DNA of 64,000 nucleotides from Tubulanus polymorphus (Eukaryota; Animalia; Nemertea), in contig NC_134035.1 in assembly GCF_964204645.1 (NCBI RefSeq), positions 3,100,001-3,164,000 on the forward strand, in the 5' to 3' direction. Position 1 is the first letter of the stretch, and the number at the start of each line of letters is the position of its first letter. Shown here one piece after another: positions 50,896 through 64,000 of this stretch. The position numbers and the translations under genes are program-made. The notes beneath the pieces were generated by a model. It ran no database searches. It was not told where the DNA came from and saw only the letters and a list, made by a program, of their open reading frames with translations.

Positions 50896-53800
50896 CTATA
50901 AATTGCAGTCGTTGGCAAAAGCCAGTAAGTTCTCCGTTCTGCGCGGAACGTTCGTCAGCACGTCTTCCGTTGCTCTGAAACAAGACGAGATAGTGAACGA
51001 ATTATCTTCGAATTTCAGGAAAAATATCGAGACGACACGACGAGTCAACTTTTTGAAAATTATCAGTTGTCACTTACACCGATTGGAGCCACTGCGTCGC
51101 GGCGGTTTGTCCGATTTCACCGGGCTGAGATGCGATATATTTTGCCAGTATTCCCGCCTGTAACATAAGATAAAAATACTATAAACAGACACATGTCTTA
51201 CTCTCAATTCAATTCGAAATGCAATCAGTAAATAATCATAGAACGGTATATAAAAAAATTCGATACAACGAATGAGTTTAACAACAATTTAAATACAGGG
51301 AGAAAGGTGTAAAAAAAAAATTGACATATACAAACAAATGAATTGTAAAATAAGTACGTGCAAACAAATGAAAAATCAAAGTAATATTTCCATGTGTAGA
51401 CCACATTTTCTTGATACATTCTTTCACTGTATATCATGCAATATGAACGAATGTAATTATCAATTAATATAATAATGTATCCACATAATGTATAATAAAT
51501 ACTACTATACTATTAAACTAAGGATAAGAAAAGATGCATTCCTAGGTCAATATCACTGTGCAAAAGTTGTTTATAGAAAAAGTGGAAGAACTGGAAGGGG
51601 ATTTCACGGATAAAACCCCCGAAGGTCGCGAGCGCGTTCCCATCACGACTTGGCGTCCCGGAGTCGAATCCGAACGCTCTAACCACTCGCCCACAACGAA
51701 ACGATATCAAGTATTCAGACTTACGACGTGCGGTGCCGAGTATGATGTTCCTAAAATAAGAGCGGTGCAAAACAGCGTGAGCGAAATGAAAAAAAAAACT
51801 CATTCGTAACAGACGAGTGGACCGTTAAGTGTTATATGTACCCGATATAGTGGTATAGTTACAGTCGGACAGTCGAAAAGCCACGGTGATATTATCACCG
51901 GGAGCGTAGATCGACACACATCTGCCGTAGTTGGAATAAGAACAAGCTTCATCCGCCTGATTCGAACACGCTACTGTAATACTAGAAACGAAAAAACGAT
52001 ATTTCAGATAATGCACAAAAAAGTCTGTAAATTCGAACGTCGATCATACAACTAAATCTGTACTTCGATTTCCGAATTCAGAATCAAACCCCCTGTTCCG
52101 ATCCTGGCAGGAAAGGTGGGTTTGTTGTAAGGGACACCAAATCAAAAAAAAAATCAAACGAAATTTACAAATCAAATAAATAACAGGGTCAACCCCTATT
52201 TCAAGATCAAAGAAACGAAGACAACGTTCGTCAGACAATTTGTGTCCGTATCATATAGCGTGTTGAATTTTTGAACACGGGTATATGGGGTACAGGAATG
52301 TACGGTTAGATCGAATATTTTGTATCCCCTAAATATTTGTATAAGTATTGCGGCATCATAGTGATATCCAAAGATATCACCGCGACAACGGCGAAAAATA
52401 CACTAGGAACAACATGAACTAATCATTCGGCCTCGATGAGCGGGTTTTATAGAGTCTGTTTTACAGATCTGCGAATGGCGTACTGACTTTGTTCTTTTCG
52501 GATATTGAATTGAAGACGTAGTTCATAGTCAGTTATCTTACGTGATAAAACAGCGATTCACTATAGGCTCATACTTACACGTCTCTGATCCCGCCCGGCA
52601 TCGTGCGACAGGCGTCCTGCTCTCCGTTTCCAGCAACGGCTACAACAACGATTCCAGCATTCATTGCCGATTCCACGGCTCTCTTCAGTAAGTTTGACTT
52701 TCCGGCGATGAGCGAAAGGCTAGAAATTAAGATCGCAGAATTGTTTCCGCTTACCTTACTTAAGATGATACTTCAAGTGCGCGCGCACTAGAAAAAGCTC
52801 GCACGTGATGTGACGAAAATACTGTCAAGCGCGTGCTATGACGTCACAGCGTCGTCCAATGTGACGCGTATAAACGACGTATATATATCGACGCATCGCG
52901 TGTCATAATGGCCACCATCTCAGGGGCGGATCCAGGGCCAGACATCGAGCGCAAAGAAACGGACACGATACTCTATCCACGCAACGAGCGTGAAGCCTAA
53001 AGTGGGGATGTGGAAAATATGGGAATGATACAGTGCATATATCAATGCAATTTCCAGGCATTTGGGTGAGTTGAATAAGCCGCTAAGCCCAAGTCATGGA
53101 GGGCTTTAGCGGGTGGAAAAATGCCCTGTAGAAAATTGCAGTTCTTGAAAAACTCACGGAAAAATGGCGATGTGAACGCTGTCCGTATCCGACCCGGTCG
53201 TAAAAAAGCGATTCTTATAACGTCCGCAAGTTATAATTATAAATGGTACTTACTTGATTATAGATTTCCTCGGGAAAGATTTCGCTTGATGATCTGCGAT
53301 AACCCAATCTATTCCGGCGATAAGCGTCGAGATTTGGCCGGACCCGATGTTATCCGTTACTTTCACCGCTACAGCAGTAGCCTTCCTCGCCACGCCGACC
53401 GTGTTACCCACAGCAATACCTATCATTAGAAATAATGAAATGATAATAATGGTAACACCAATCTATAAAACTGGGCCCGTGACTAAGATTAATCAGTCAA
53501 TATTTTTTTCTGAAATTAAGAAAGTATCTTTTATCTCTCACTCACTTGAAACGCTGGTGCCATGGCCGTAGTCATCCGTCTGCTGAGATGGGGTATTTAC
53601 AAAATCTGCTCCCTGTACGAAAAATTACTATTATTTTCCATAATCACTCGATATATCAGCGAAATCGACTTATAACTAAAGTTTCGTGAGGTTTATGCTA
53701 TACACATACGATAAAATCTAAGAAGTTCCACCCTTACTTACTTGCTAATACACTCAATCAACCGAAACCGAATTTAAATCTACGGCTGGTCAGGGCATTT

Positions 53801-55927
53801 GGTGCGTAAATGCTTAGAGTATTTATCCGAATGATTCAGATGAACACTTCAGATGAAAATGTTAACTATAAGGATATGGGTCATCGTTTAACTTACCCAA
53901 CGTACGCGACTAGATCCTTGCGATTGGAATTCGTCGTGTGTCATAAGAATGCCGCTTTAACAGACGAACAACCAATTCACAATAGAAAACAAATAATCAA
54001 GTCATCGAATAGAAAAGGCTGAATTCATATCTTTGCTATACTTACGAGTCTAGAAAGTAAACATCAACTCCTTCTCCAAGATCTGTAAAAGTATAATTTC
54101 AAACAACGAACTTCACCAGGAGACCAGACTGTTCGTTATAACCGATGGTTCGTTATCCAGTATGGAATCATTAGAATTGTTCCATTTGTTATGTCAATAT
54201 CCGTCAGACTCATATATTGTTCCTATTTGATACTACTTACATTGCGAGTTAAAGTCGTAAGTTCCATCCAAGTCCAAGTTACGTTTTGATATTCTTTGCA
54301 GACCCTGAAACGAAGTAGCAATATCAGCCACGGCGGATCCGTAAATATGAACTATTAGAAAAAGCAACTACGAAACCTGAGACCAGCATTCTGTTCAGGG
54401 GTGGATCCAGAGGCCAACTGTGAAGGACTTGTCACATGCCAAAATAGCACTTTTATGTCCAAAAAGACAATATTATGTGTACTCCCGCATTGAAATACAC
54501 CAATGAACTTAACTTTCAGAGTATATATATATTTGCGCCACGTTTCGGCTAAAGAATATTTCGGCTAAAGACAATAAGCCATCATCAGGCGTACTGTACG
54601 CCTGATGATGGCTAATAGTCTTTAGCCGAAACGTTGCGCAAATATATATGCTCATCTATTCAAGTTTCTCGTTTTGGCTGAATTTATTGTGGGATTTCTC
54701 TCGTTATCATCTTACACGGATATTGTTTATCTTCTCGTCTCACCAATGAACATAGTTGACAAAATCAAATAGGGCACTCAAAATGAAATTAGATGGACTG
54801 GATCCCCCTCCCCGTGGCTGTTTCGATTCGTCGCATAAACTTACCCACGGAGCGTCCGACTCAGATGAACATTGGCCGGAGAATCTGAAAGAGTATTCTC
54901 AGAAATTTATTTTCAGTCTTCTTTAAGCGTAAGACCATATATCATTTTCAGGGTCCACGATGGACTTATCGTTTTAAGGTCCATGGTGACCATATGACCA
55001 AGCGAGGATCAATTTAGCTGATATATGTGTAAAGCTATGTAGATGTGTAGATTTGAGTAGATCTATGTAGATATGTAGATTTGTGTAGAGCTATGTAGAT
55101 TATAAACACAAGTCACGCGTATGTTAGTATAAAGCTACATGCGTCATATTGGACGTCAAATGGTCGTCACACCGTGGCTTATAACGCATTTGGTGGACAA
55201 TCTGACGTACTGTGACGTAACGTGTATATAAACACCCTATAGTTTAAATATATATTGTTCAACTTACTGGGCCACTTGACACGGTCCATCTTCTTCGACA
55301 TCCGTGACGAATTTTTCTTTCTCCAGCTTCGCTCTCAAACTGGAAAATAGATCGAATACGGCGTTTTAACTACCCCAGCAGAAAAGATGGCTACCTCTGA
55401 AATAGTACGATGGTTTATCGAAGTGTGTCGGTGACTTACGAGTTTGGGCCGGAGACCTTTATCAAGATCGTGTCACCGAGAGTTTTCGGGGCGAAGCGTG
55501 AATCTAACCCGCGAATGAGGTCGGCGCAGGCTAGACAATTGAGAAATATATATATACACATAAATCTGAACGTGACACGGCCAAACTGCGGATAGATATG
55601 ATACAATGCCGATGACAAAAGAGCCATTGGAAATTCATCTCAGTAAGCGAATCTACTTAAAGTATTCTCAAAAACATACGAACTATTCGAGTTGCCTAAT
55701 TTTACCTATCATTCGTATACTTACTACTGTCATTTTCCAATCCTACCAGTAAGCTGTTGCCATCAGCTGCAACGCGAAACCCACCTGAACAAAATATACA
55801 CAATAACAATTTATCTGAAGAACCCCCGTGATATGAAATATAGAAAATATCGAATCTTTTAATTTCTACCTGTCAACAAAAGCACGAGAACCGCAACTAC
55901 CATCATTCGTGAAACGGGGCTGATCAT
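50896..55927 (-). CDS. Secreted S8 subtilisin-family serine protease (proteinase K/aqualysin/PCSK9-like) with I9 propeptide, 392 aa
   Basis: 15 in-phase exons: 55927-55870, 55784-55725, 55530-55440, 55339-55268, 54884-54845, 54304-54241, 54082-54046, 53954-53897, 53612-53546, 53419-53254, 52719-52579, 51981-51842, 51750-51725, 51157-51078, 50974-50896. Signal peptide, VEEDG, PWGLQRIS, VDVYFLDSGI (Asp), GHGTSV (His), VAGN (oxyanion Asn), SNYGRCVSIYAPG, SGTSYSAPHVAG (Ser). Confidence 0.92.
54509..54740. mobile_element. Penelope-like inverted pLTR remnant with 11-bp TSD, inside a protease intron
   Basis: CACCAATGAAC at 54498-54508 and 54741-54751. A long inverted repeat (about 54525-54650) carries hammerhead cores; the TGGGATTT-containing tail resembles that of the 11832-11988 insertion. 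Confidence 0.7.
54599..54638 (+). ncRNA. Minimal hammerhead ribozyme motif (GUU site)
   Basis: CGC-CTGATGA-T-GGCTAA(TAGTCT)TTAGCC-GAAA-C-GTT-GCG. Confidence 0.6.
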
Positions 55928-55980
55928 GATCACCAGTCGACGGCAGTAAGCAACGAATTAATAAGCCTAACTTTTTGCGA

Positions 55981-55988
55981 CTTTTATA
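55981..55988 (-). promoter_or_regulatory. Candidate TATA box of the S8 protease gene
   Basis: TATAAAAG on the minus strand about 55 nt upstream of the ATG at 55927; GATA-like (GATAA) sites lie further upstream. Confidence 0.45.
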
Positions 55989-56947
55989 CAAATTCGGGCG
56001 ACCTTATCGGAGCAGAGAATCTGCGGGATTATTACATTTTTCGGTTTCATCCATAGAACGACTGAATTTATGTCTTTAATTTAGAATCGTCTTATTGAAA
56101 AAATCGGTATAATTCGGTGCAGAGTGAAACTTGTTAAGATGGAGAATTTTCTGATGAAATTAATCCGTGGCGACGTCAAATAACAGGCCACGTATCATGT
56201 TCAGATAACGGGTGCGGTTACTGCGGCGATCGTGTCTTATCTCAGAAACCGAGAAACTACGAGACTTATTAAAACCGTTTTTAGCCTCGAACGTTAATAA
56301 TATTGATGTTTATCGAGTTGATGAAAGATTCTAATCGTCGAAAATTAAAACTTTCGTTCATCGACAAACGAGGTCCTCGTGTAAGACGCCCGCTCTACCG
56401 GTTGCCGCAAACTGTATCTGAATTCCGCGACGATTTTGCAATTGTTTTTCATTGTTTCAACGACGAAATTTGAAGAAAATCCGACCAAAAACAAGGAATA
56501 TACACAAATCTATTTTCTTGATTTTCTACGGAATGAATACCACAATAAGTCACAAATTTCCATCTAGTGATCCTCCTTAGGGTTAGATACGGATTCAAAC
56601 CATGTGTAGTTTTAGTATGGTGAAGTATGCAGAGAGTTGGTATCTCGACTTGGCCAATCTTGGGAGTCATCTTGGAGTCATCACTGCAAGGAGTCCTGTA
56701 CAGAGAGATGCAAAGATAAACGATAGATATGGCATTGACTTCGGGGTAACCAGAAGGCTGCACAAAAAATCTCATACAAAAACAACACATTCGAGACGAC
56801 CGTTTTTCTAAAAATAATTTAATCTATTAGAAAATAGATTTCCCCATACATGTATAAACTATAAACAACGCGCGGTTTCGGTATTACAGAGTCAGTCACG
56901 CTTGTGTTTGTCCTTCGTATAAAGATAAAGAAAGTACATGCACTTAA

Positions 56948-57235
56948 CCCTTTCAGTGCTGACTAATTAATACCCTATAGTGCTGGAGAAAATTTGAAAA
57001 TTCTAAAAAATTCCACCCTAGTGTGTTGAACAATGGGAATACCACTATAGTGCGTCTACACCGCAGTGCGGTGTATCGTTAGTTACTAATATTTCACTAT
57101 GTTTGACACTTTCTGCCATTTTTCAATAGAGATAATTACAAATTACTAATTACATCAATACACCGCAGTGCGGTGTACTAGCAAAATCCATCACTGATTT
57201 ATACACCGCACTGCGGTGTAGACGCACTGAAAGGG
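56948..57235. mobile_element. piggyBac-like MITE
   Basis: TTAA on both flanks and TIR CCCTTTCAGTGC/GCACTGAAAGGG. Other copies at 18599-18833 and 58163-58498. Confidence 0.85.
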
Positions 57236-58162
57236 TTAATATATATACATTGTTACAAAACCTTACAAAACTACAGTCAGTCAGAAAACGATAGTAGTGT
57301 AGAACAATTGGCTGGACACGATATCATAGTTTCAGAGGACGAAATACAGAGTGGAGACTATTAATTGTTCGATCTATACATATCTACATAGCAAAATATA
57401 TGATACAAAGTGATACAAACTATACAACTAACTTCGTTATACAAAAAAACTCGAATCTACGTAAGATTCAGGACTGCTGCCAACCTCTGAAAAGTGCTAC
57501 AATAACAAGTTGATCTTTCATCTGCAGGACAATTTCATCGAAATATGACAGAAAATGTCAGTTATCAATGGTCTCTAAAGATCTTTCACGTTTTTGAAAA
57601 CTTCATCGACTTCTATAACGATGAATTGACTACTAGATCATTCTTATAATGTAACTCCGTATCCAGCGTCTATTTGAGTTGTATTTAAACAATCTCTTAA
57701 ATATCAATTTAAGTTAAGACTTCTACATTTGACTACTAAATCATTCCGACATTCTAATACTGTGAACAGCGTCTAAATTTTCCATTTCAGTTTGAATTCA
57801 ATGAAACACATGATATAAATAAACAATGATATCTACAGTAATTACGGATAACGACTACTTTGATCACATGCCCTCCAATGTATGATGGCGTGATAATGGA
57901 ACGGTCACACAATTGACGATATTCAGAATTTATTACAATCTATTCTGACTCTCGTAGCGAGCGAGAAAAAATATGCGGGTAGGTTCATTTTTAACTTGGT
58001 TGGAAATGAAGGGGGTGTGTGGTGCTCCCCGAGAAATTTTTCATGCTCAGATATGGCCTGTGAGCGATATCAGTTGGTAACAACAAAGGTAAACGAACAA
58101 ATTTGATAAACATGGGATTAAATATGTTGTAATAGCCGTAAATGTAACGTTTCTGCTTAAAA

Positions 58163-58498
58163 CCCTTTCAGTGCTGACTAATTGATACCGATAAGTGCAA
58201 GAGATAATTTTAAACTGTTAAAAAATTACCCCCCAGTTTTACAGACTGATATTACCTTTAACCCCGGGGCTAACTCAATTGAAAATGAATGAAGTTAGCC
58301 CCGGGGTAAAAGGTAGTACCAGTCCGTAAAACCGGGCCCTGTATGTCTTAAAATGGGCATACACAGTGCGGTTTATCATTAGTTAATAGAGAAAAACTTA
58401 TTGCTTATATCATCGATAAGGTGTGGTGCGGTGTACTAGCGAAGTCCATCACCGACGAAGTCCATACACTGCACTGTGGTGTAGACGCACTGAAAGGG
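58163..58498. mobile_element. piggyBac-like MITE with a nested palindromic MITE (about 58229-58339)
   Basis: Same TIRs as 56948-57235; the interior is interrupted by a copy of the 16056-16165 family. Confidence 0.75.
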
Positions 58499-58719
58499 TT
58501 AACATTTTCTTTTGAATCAAACTAAATTTTTCCCCCTTCACACACTATAAGCCTGTTATTACAATTGTACGATCGTTCCATTATCTTCTACACAGAGGAT
58601 AGATCAGATTATCCGTCAGGACGGCAGGATGATTGAATATTCGAATTCATCACACGTGGCGTAAGACAATGCGACAAATTCCATTTCTTTTAACTAGATT
58701 CTCTATCGATCAGTTCTGT

Positions 58720-61700
58720 TCACGAGGTTAGTTTTAAAGTCGCTAGGACGGCGGCGAGCAGAACGACGCCGGTCCGCGGTATCAAATTCGCGCCGGCGCC
58801 GGCGAAAAACGGATAGAAGAAATCGTACGGCAGACGCACGGTGAATAACGGGATTTCAGCTTGCAGCGATACGGCCGGGACGGACGCGTCGACGAACGTC
58901 ACCGACGTTACCAGTTCGAATTTCTGCGTCTGCGACTGTTCGGTTCCCGGCTGACAATACTGACCGATACACTGAAATATAACAATACAACGAATAAGAT
59001 GCAGACCAACCAGATACAGAACGCGTGATTTGTGTATCATTCTCCCTCTGCAAAAAACCAGACCCCGACTACCTTCACCAATCTCTTGGTAATACTTTTT
59101 TCGCATAAATGACAGAAATTTGACATCTGAAACTAGTTTTAATTGTAAATGAACTAGAAATTGACTTTTTCCCCAACTATTCCCTGACATGCACGTTGTT
59201 TACCCCGACTTGATCTGCTAAGAATCCAATCGATTAACACAGTCAAATATATAAGACATAAACAGAAACAATTTGATTTTATGCGCGATCTAGCAATCTC
59301 AACACATTTCCCTCACTTTTCCCTGATGTTTAGCTCTTTTTTTTCTACAAAATTTCCTGACTTTTCCCTGATATTTAGGTTCTTTTTTACAAAATTCCCT
59401 GATTATTCCCCAACGATTCCCTGATTTCCAGGTAAGTTGCCACCCTGTAATCGGTTTATCCTACACAAATACACCTCATAGGTATCGTAATCTTCGACTG
59501 GCAGAGTTTGCTTGCATTCTGCCCTTGTCTGCACAATCGCTCGTACCTTGAATTGTAAATTCTGTTGTTTATCCCATGTGTATTTAACGCCGAGTATCTT
59601 CGGCTGCGGGTTGCCGAGAGCGCCGACGTTCGCGTAGATTATCTCGATATGCAAACCGAGAACCAAGTTGTAACATCCTCCGCTCAGCGACACCTGCGAA
59701 ATAGATTCAAAAATGTAATTTCCTTCCGAACTAGAAAATCATAATGTAAGTAGCATCGATGAAAATATGCGATAAGTATGAAACACTAAAAACAAAAACA
59801 TTTTTCTGGCTTGTTTTGTGACTGTATGCTCCTCAGCAAGAAACAATGCTTACCAAAATACTGAGCTTCAATAACAGTTCAACTGATCATAAAAAACCCT
59901 GACACACGATAACCAATCAATGACAACTTGTGGATCACATGACTAATCAAAATCACCTCCATTTTGAATGGTATCATGTGATACAATGAATACATCGACA
60001 GGTCATGTTGAAGGTTTGTTTCAGTGTTTCTTGTTTGGCTATATACACAATAGCGGGTGAACTAAACATCGAAACAAAGCATAAACACAAAATCTGTTAG
60101 GCAGATACAGTAAACTAACCGATGCTCCTGAAGGAAGGTTGTCCTTGATAATTGGCACCCAATCACCGACGTTTTCTACGAGAGAGTTTCCAAATGTTGC
60201 CACGTAAGTCGGAGCGTCTCCGAGTAACGCGTTCGACACTGACGTCTGCAGAACCTTGCACACGTTCGTTATGTTCGCTAGCGACAACCTGTAAATGGAA
60301 GCAACGTCGATTAGATGAAGTTTTTTTGGCAGAAGAAATGCAGGTTTTCATTTTTTCTTTTCATACGAGATTTGACTTTATTTCATTAAATCATCAGTGT
60401 GGTTCACTAAGGTACATGATGTACATTAATAGCAGGGGCCGGTTGCACAGTTATGGCTTAGACTTAAGACCATTCTAAGACCAACTTAGTTCTATAACCA
60501 ATCTAACAACTTAAGACTGATCTAAAGATTTAAGACCACTTTTTGACTTAAGTCACGACTGTGCAACTGGCCCCAGGTTTTCATCTGGAGCTAATTCTTC
60601 AAATGTCTATTGTCTAGTGTCTGTAGTTCATTTTCAATGAAAAATAGTGAATTTCTGAACATATGTGAAGTTTGGGGGATCAGTTTAGGTTAAGTGTGCT
60701 GATAAAATGTCCAATATCTGGAGAATTTACTTCAGTTCCAGCTGAAAATATCTCAGGTGAAGTTCTGAACACATGCGAAGTTCGGGGGATCAGTTTTTCA
60801 ACTAGTAATCCACTCATTAGTTCAGTTTCGATTGAAAATATCTGGCATGAAAATCTGGACGATACGATTTATGAAAATCATCATCGATTGGAAGAATAGT
60901 GATAACTATGGAATATCCGAGGGGATGCGGGATCTGTACGACAGATACCTGTTTAACATACACTTACTCAAACAAACATCCGCTGCGAATATTGACTCCG
61001 AATTTCACGGATTCACGTTTGCCGATTTGCGTCAGACACGATCCGCCCGGTCCCGGTCGTATCACCGTCATCCACTGATTCCTGTCCGTATTAATCGATA
61101 TCGCCTGCGTTTATTTCGAGTTAAGGCTTATTTTCAATGTCGTCAACTTTTTTTAACGATACAGTAATACTCTGGGCCCGGTTCCACATTTGTGAGTTAG
61201 GTTTAACTATGGCCAAAAATAAAAATTGGTAAAATTTTGAGTCTTGTCCCCCCAATGATGGGGTTCCTGAAATACACAACTTAACTTCATTTTTAGTTGA
61301 AGTCAAATAAAAGGATATTTCAAGGTTCCGGTAGAATCTTGCTGGTTTACTAATTTACCGGCCATAACGGGTTCGCCGACGCGATACCCGGGATTACCGC
61401 TGTATTTAAACGCAGGAGACGCACCAGCCTGAAATAACGAAAACATCCAGAAATAAATTTCATCATAATATTGCGACCCGGACACAGTTCAAGCTTAGAA
61501 CGGTGAAGTTTTAATCATTTACTCATTGGAAACAAGAAGTTACGATTGAAATCAAAATTTGGAGTTATACATTTTGCTAAGCCCTGGCATTTCTATTTTT
61601 TACAGGGATGGGTTTAGGGGCTGGTCAAGGCGGTCCGGACCCCTGCCTTTCCATTGAGGTAGCCCCCCTTTTCGTCAAGTCAGAGAAACCTGTGACACAA

Positions 61701-63980
61701 ATCCATTCGGAAATTGCATATTTTTCTTCAAAAATACCTAACACCGAGGGTTGGACCCCGCTAGTAGCCTATGACGCCCTGCTTTATCAGAAAAGTTCTT
61801 TAGTAATTTCCTCTGTTCCCCTGCCTTCAAATTTTCCAAGATCCGCCCGACTCATACCACTAATGGTAGGAATTTAACAAGAGAAGTAGTGGTTTCATTC
61901 GAAAATGCGTTCCATATGTACCCGGTAACTACGTACATACCTGCTGCGGTCTGATATAAGTGGCTTTATAAGTCTGACTCAACGGAAGATTACTATCCGT
62001 GATATCGCCGAGAGTGAACTGCACGTTTACCGAGACGATGCCTTTCGTTCCGTTCTGCGAAATGATGTATTCGACCTTGAAATAAAAAGATTAGGATTTT
62101 TGTCAAAGCTATATAATAATAGGCCTATGATGAGTGAACTAATGCTGTACTAGTAAGAGACCGATATGTTATGTCGTTACTACATCATGTACGTAAATAA
62201 ATATGAAAAAATATGGAATATCAAAAGAAAGTCCATAAGCATATTACTGATTTAAAATATGAAAATAGGTTTCAAAAGCTTAGAACTTAGCCTGAGAGCT
62301 AGCACTACGAGGGTGGCGACTCTACTAATGTGACTATTTCGCTGACATGGACGTTGTTTTTCGTGAATCGATCTGTTAAGAATTCAATCAATTAAATACA
62401 TAAAACATAGGCAGAAACTGTTTGAATTTATATAGGATCTAGCAATCTCAACAAGTTTCCCAGATTTTTCCTGATTCATAGTTCTTTTACAAAATTTGTA
62501 GACTTTTGACTCTTTTAAAGAAAATTCCCGGATGTTTCGTGGATTTCCAGCGGCCACCCTGACTGACTACTTTTTAGAATCAGATGCCGAATTACCTCTT
62601 TCACGGCGTATCTACAAGTTTTCGTAGCGGTGTCGTACTGGGGTGTCGGCACCGAGTCCACGATTCTGCAGTTCTCGACGATTCCTTGAGCGCCGACGCA
62701 TTTCGCCGGCAATACAGGATCTATAGGCATCTGTTGGTCGTACAGCGGTGTCGTTACCCCTAAAATAGAATACCAGATAATCAGAATCAACCTGGCAAAG
62801 AGTATGGCCTTGTTTCACTAAAAACTGTTGAATCAAGTCGTAGATATTCAATTTCTGAGGCAGACGATAGGCAAATGATTTAAAAAAGAATTATTTTTTC
62901 AATTGTTTTTTTAAGTATTCCAAGGTAAATATTCTAATGAATAAGAAAAGCAAACTTTCTCAGAAGGACGCAGTCTTCTAAAGTTTAACTTTTTGTCAAA
63001 TTTCAATCAGGTTCAACTTACATGTTTCTGGATTTGAAGCGTTGTACAGTTTTGGAGCCAGCACGGACGGAATCTGAAATATAATATTGAGAATGGTGAA
63101 CCTTACGTAACGAGGACTCTACACCGCGGCAATCGAGGATTACGCTCGCGGCGAGCGAGGATCCAACAGGTGGAGCTAGCGTGTGAACGTTACGCGTTCG
63201 AAATCGACTTACGGGAATCACTCGGAATCCGGAATAGAACGTCGCGGCGTCTAAAGCGTATGACGTCTGACACGACTGAGCGAGAGGCGCAAGTTTTCGG
63301 ATACACGTAAACGATTGATCCATCATAAACGCTGTAACGAAAATAAACACGATTTGTAAACAACGCGAGGCGTACAGTAAAAACCTCTCTATAGTCGCGA
63401 TCACGCGAGCGTTTCTCATCCGAGTCAAATTCGGCTCGTGCCGAATTATAACAAGGGTCAAATTACTGCGTGCCAATGCTAACTGATTCTGGAAGTGATT
63501 CACCTCTCCTACCAGAGCGTCAGTTTGATAGCATTCTAGTAACGAGTGAGTGATTTACGTGTGAACGCGCTCACTAATTACGCACGGGCCAAATTCGAGT
63601 CTGTCCAGGCCAGTTAAACCTGTCACCTTTATGTGATCATGGCTTAAAGCGAACCCTCTTAGTTCTGGATAAAATGTTCACTACATATAGGTACAGACCA
63701 TTTCCCGATCCCTCGAAATTTTCTTATCAAATTTCAGCCACAAAGTCGGACTTTCTAAATCGTACTTAGCGGTCCATCACAAGACACTCTTTCGAGATCA
63801 GTAAAGATGCTTCCAGTACCAAAAACATGCAAACACAACAGTTTACCGTAGACAAGCAATCGATAGAACCTTACCGGCCGGATTGGTATCGTCACATTCT
63901 GAAGATATCGCCGGTCGAGGTAATCCCAGTTTCCCGAGGATATTAGTCTGATTGAACAATGTATATATCGGTTCTCCGCT
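58720..63980 (-). CDS. TCTN1: Tectonic family ciliary transition-zone protein (TCTN1/TCTN3-like), 5'-partial
   Basis: Exons 63980-63875, 63331-63213, 63073-63022, 62759-62596, 62075-61941, 61428-61319, 61108-60968, 60288-60120, 59693-59547, 58971-58720. Motifs CDDTNPAAF, SGNPGYRVGEPVMAG, VKFGVNIRSGC, YVATFGNS..DWVPII, VGALGNPQPKILGV, TSVTFVDAS, LPYDFFYPF plus a hydrophobic tail. The exact paralog is uncertain. Confidence 0.92.
60436..60573. mobile_element. PIF/Harbinger-like MITE with CAG TSD
   Basis: CAG-GGGCCGGTTGCACAGT...ACTGTGCAACTGGCCC-CAG. Confidence 0.8.
61109..61318 (-). other. U12-type (minor spliceosome) AT-AC intron in the tectonic gene
   Basis: 5' site ATATCCTTTT at 61318-61309, branch site CCTTAAC at 61126-61120 and terminal AC at 61110-61109. 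Splicing gives in-frame ...GTLK|QAISIN. Confidence 0.9.
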
Positions 63981-64000
63981 CTGAGAAAAAAAAGTACATG

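Overview
AT-rich, intron-containing animal genomic DNA, inferred to be a compact invertebrate bilaterian genome; it is not prokaryotic, so most ORF-track entries are exon fragments or noise. I reconstructed genes by hand from splice signals and reading-frame phase. In order: (1) the 5' part of a divergent ionotropic glutamate receptor-like gene (minus strand, running off the left edge); (2) IMMP1L; (3) three tandem two-exon genes for membrane-anchored HHxxxDG (condensation/PapA5/alcohol-acyltransferase fold) acyltransferases; (4) a CD225/dispanin gene; (5) an ESE-type (EHF/ELF5/ELF3-like) PNT+ETS transcription factor with two candidate first coding exons and two alternative last exons that rebuild the C-terminal half of the DNA-binding domain; (6) a 15-exon secreted S8 subtilisin/proteinase K-like protease; (7) the 3' part of a tectonic gene containing a U12 AT-AC intron. 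Intergenic and intronic DNA carries several MITE families and two TSD-flanked Penelope-like insertions containing minimal hammerhead ribozyme motifs. The best leads are the splice-switchable ETS DNA-binding domain, the acyltransferase cluster and the hammerhead-bearing insertions. No searches were run; family assignments rest on recognised motifs.
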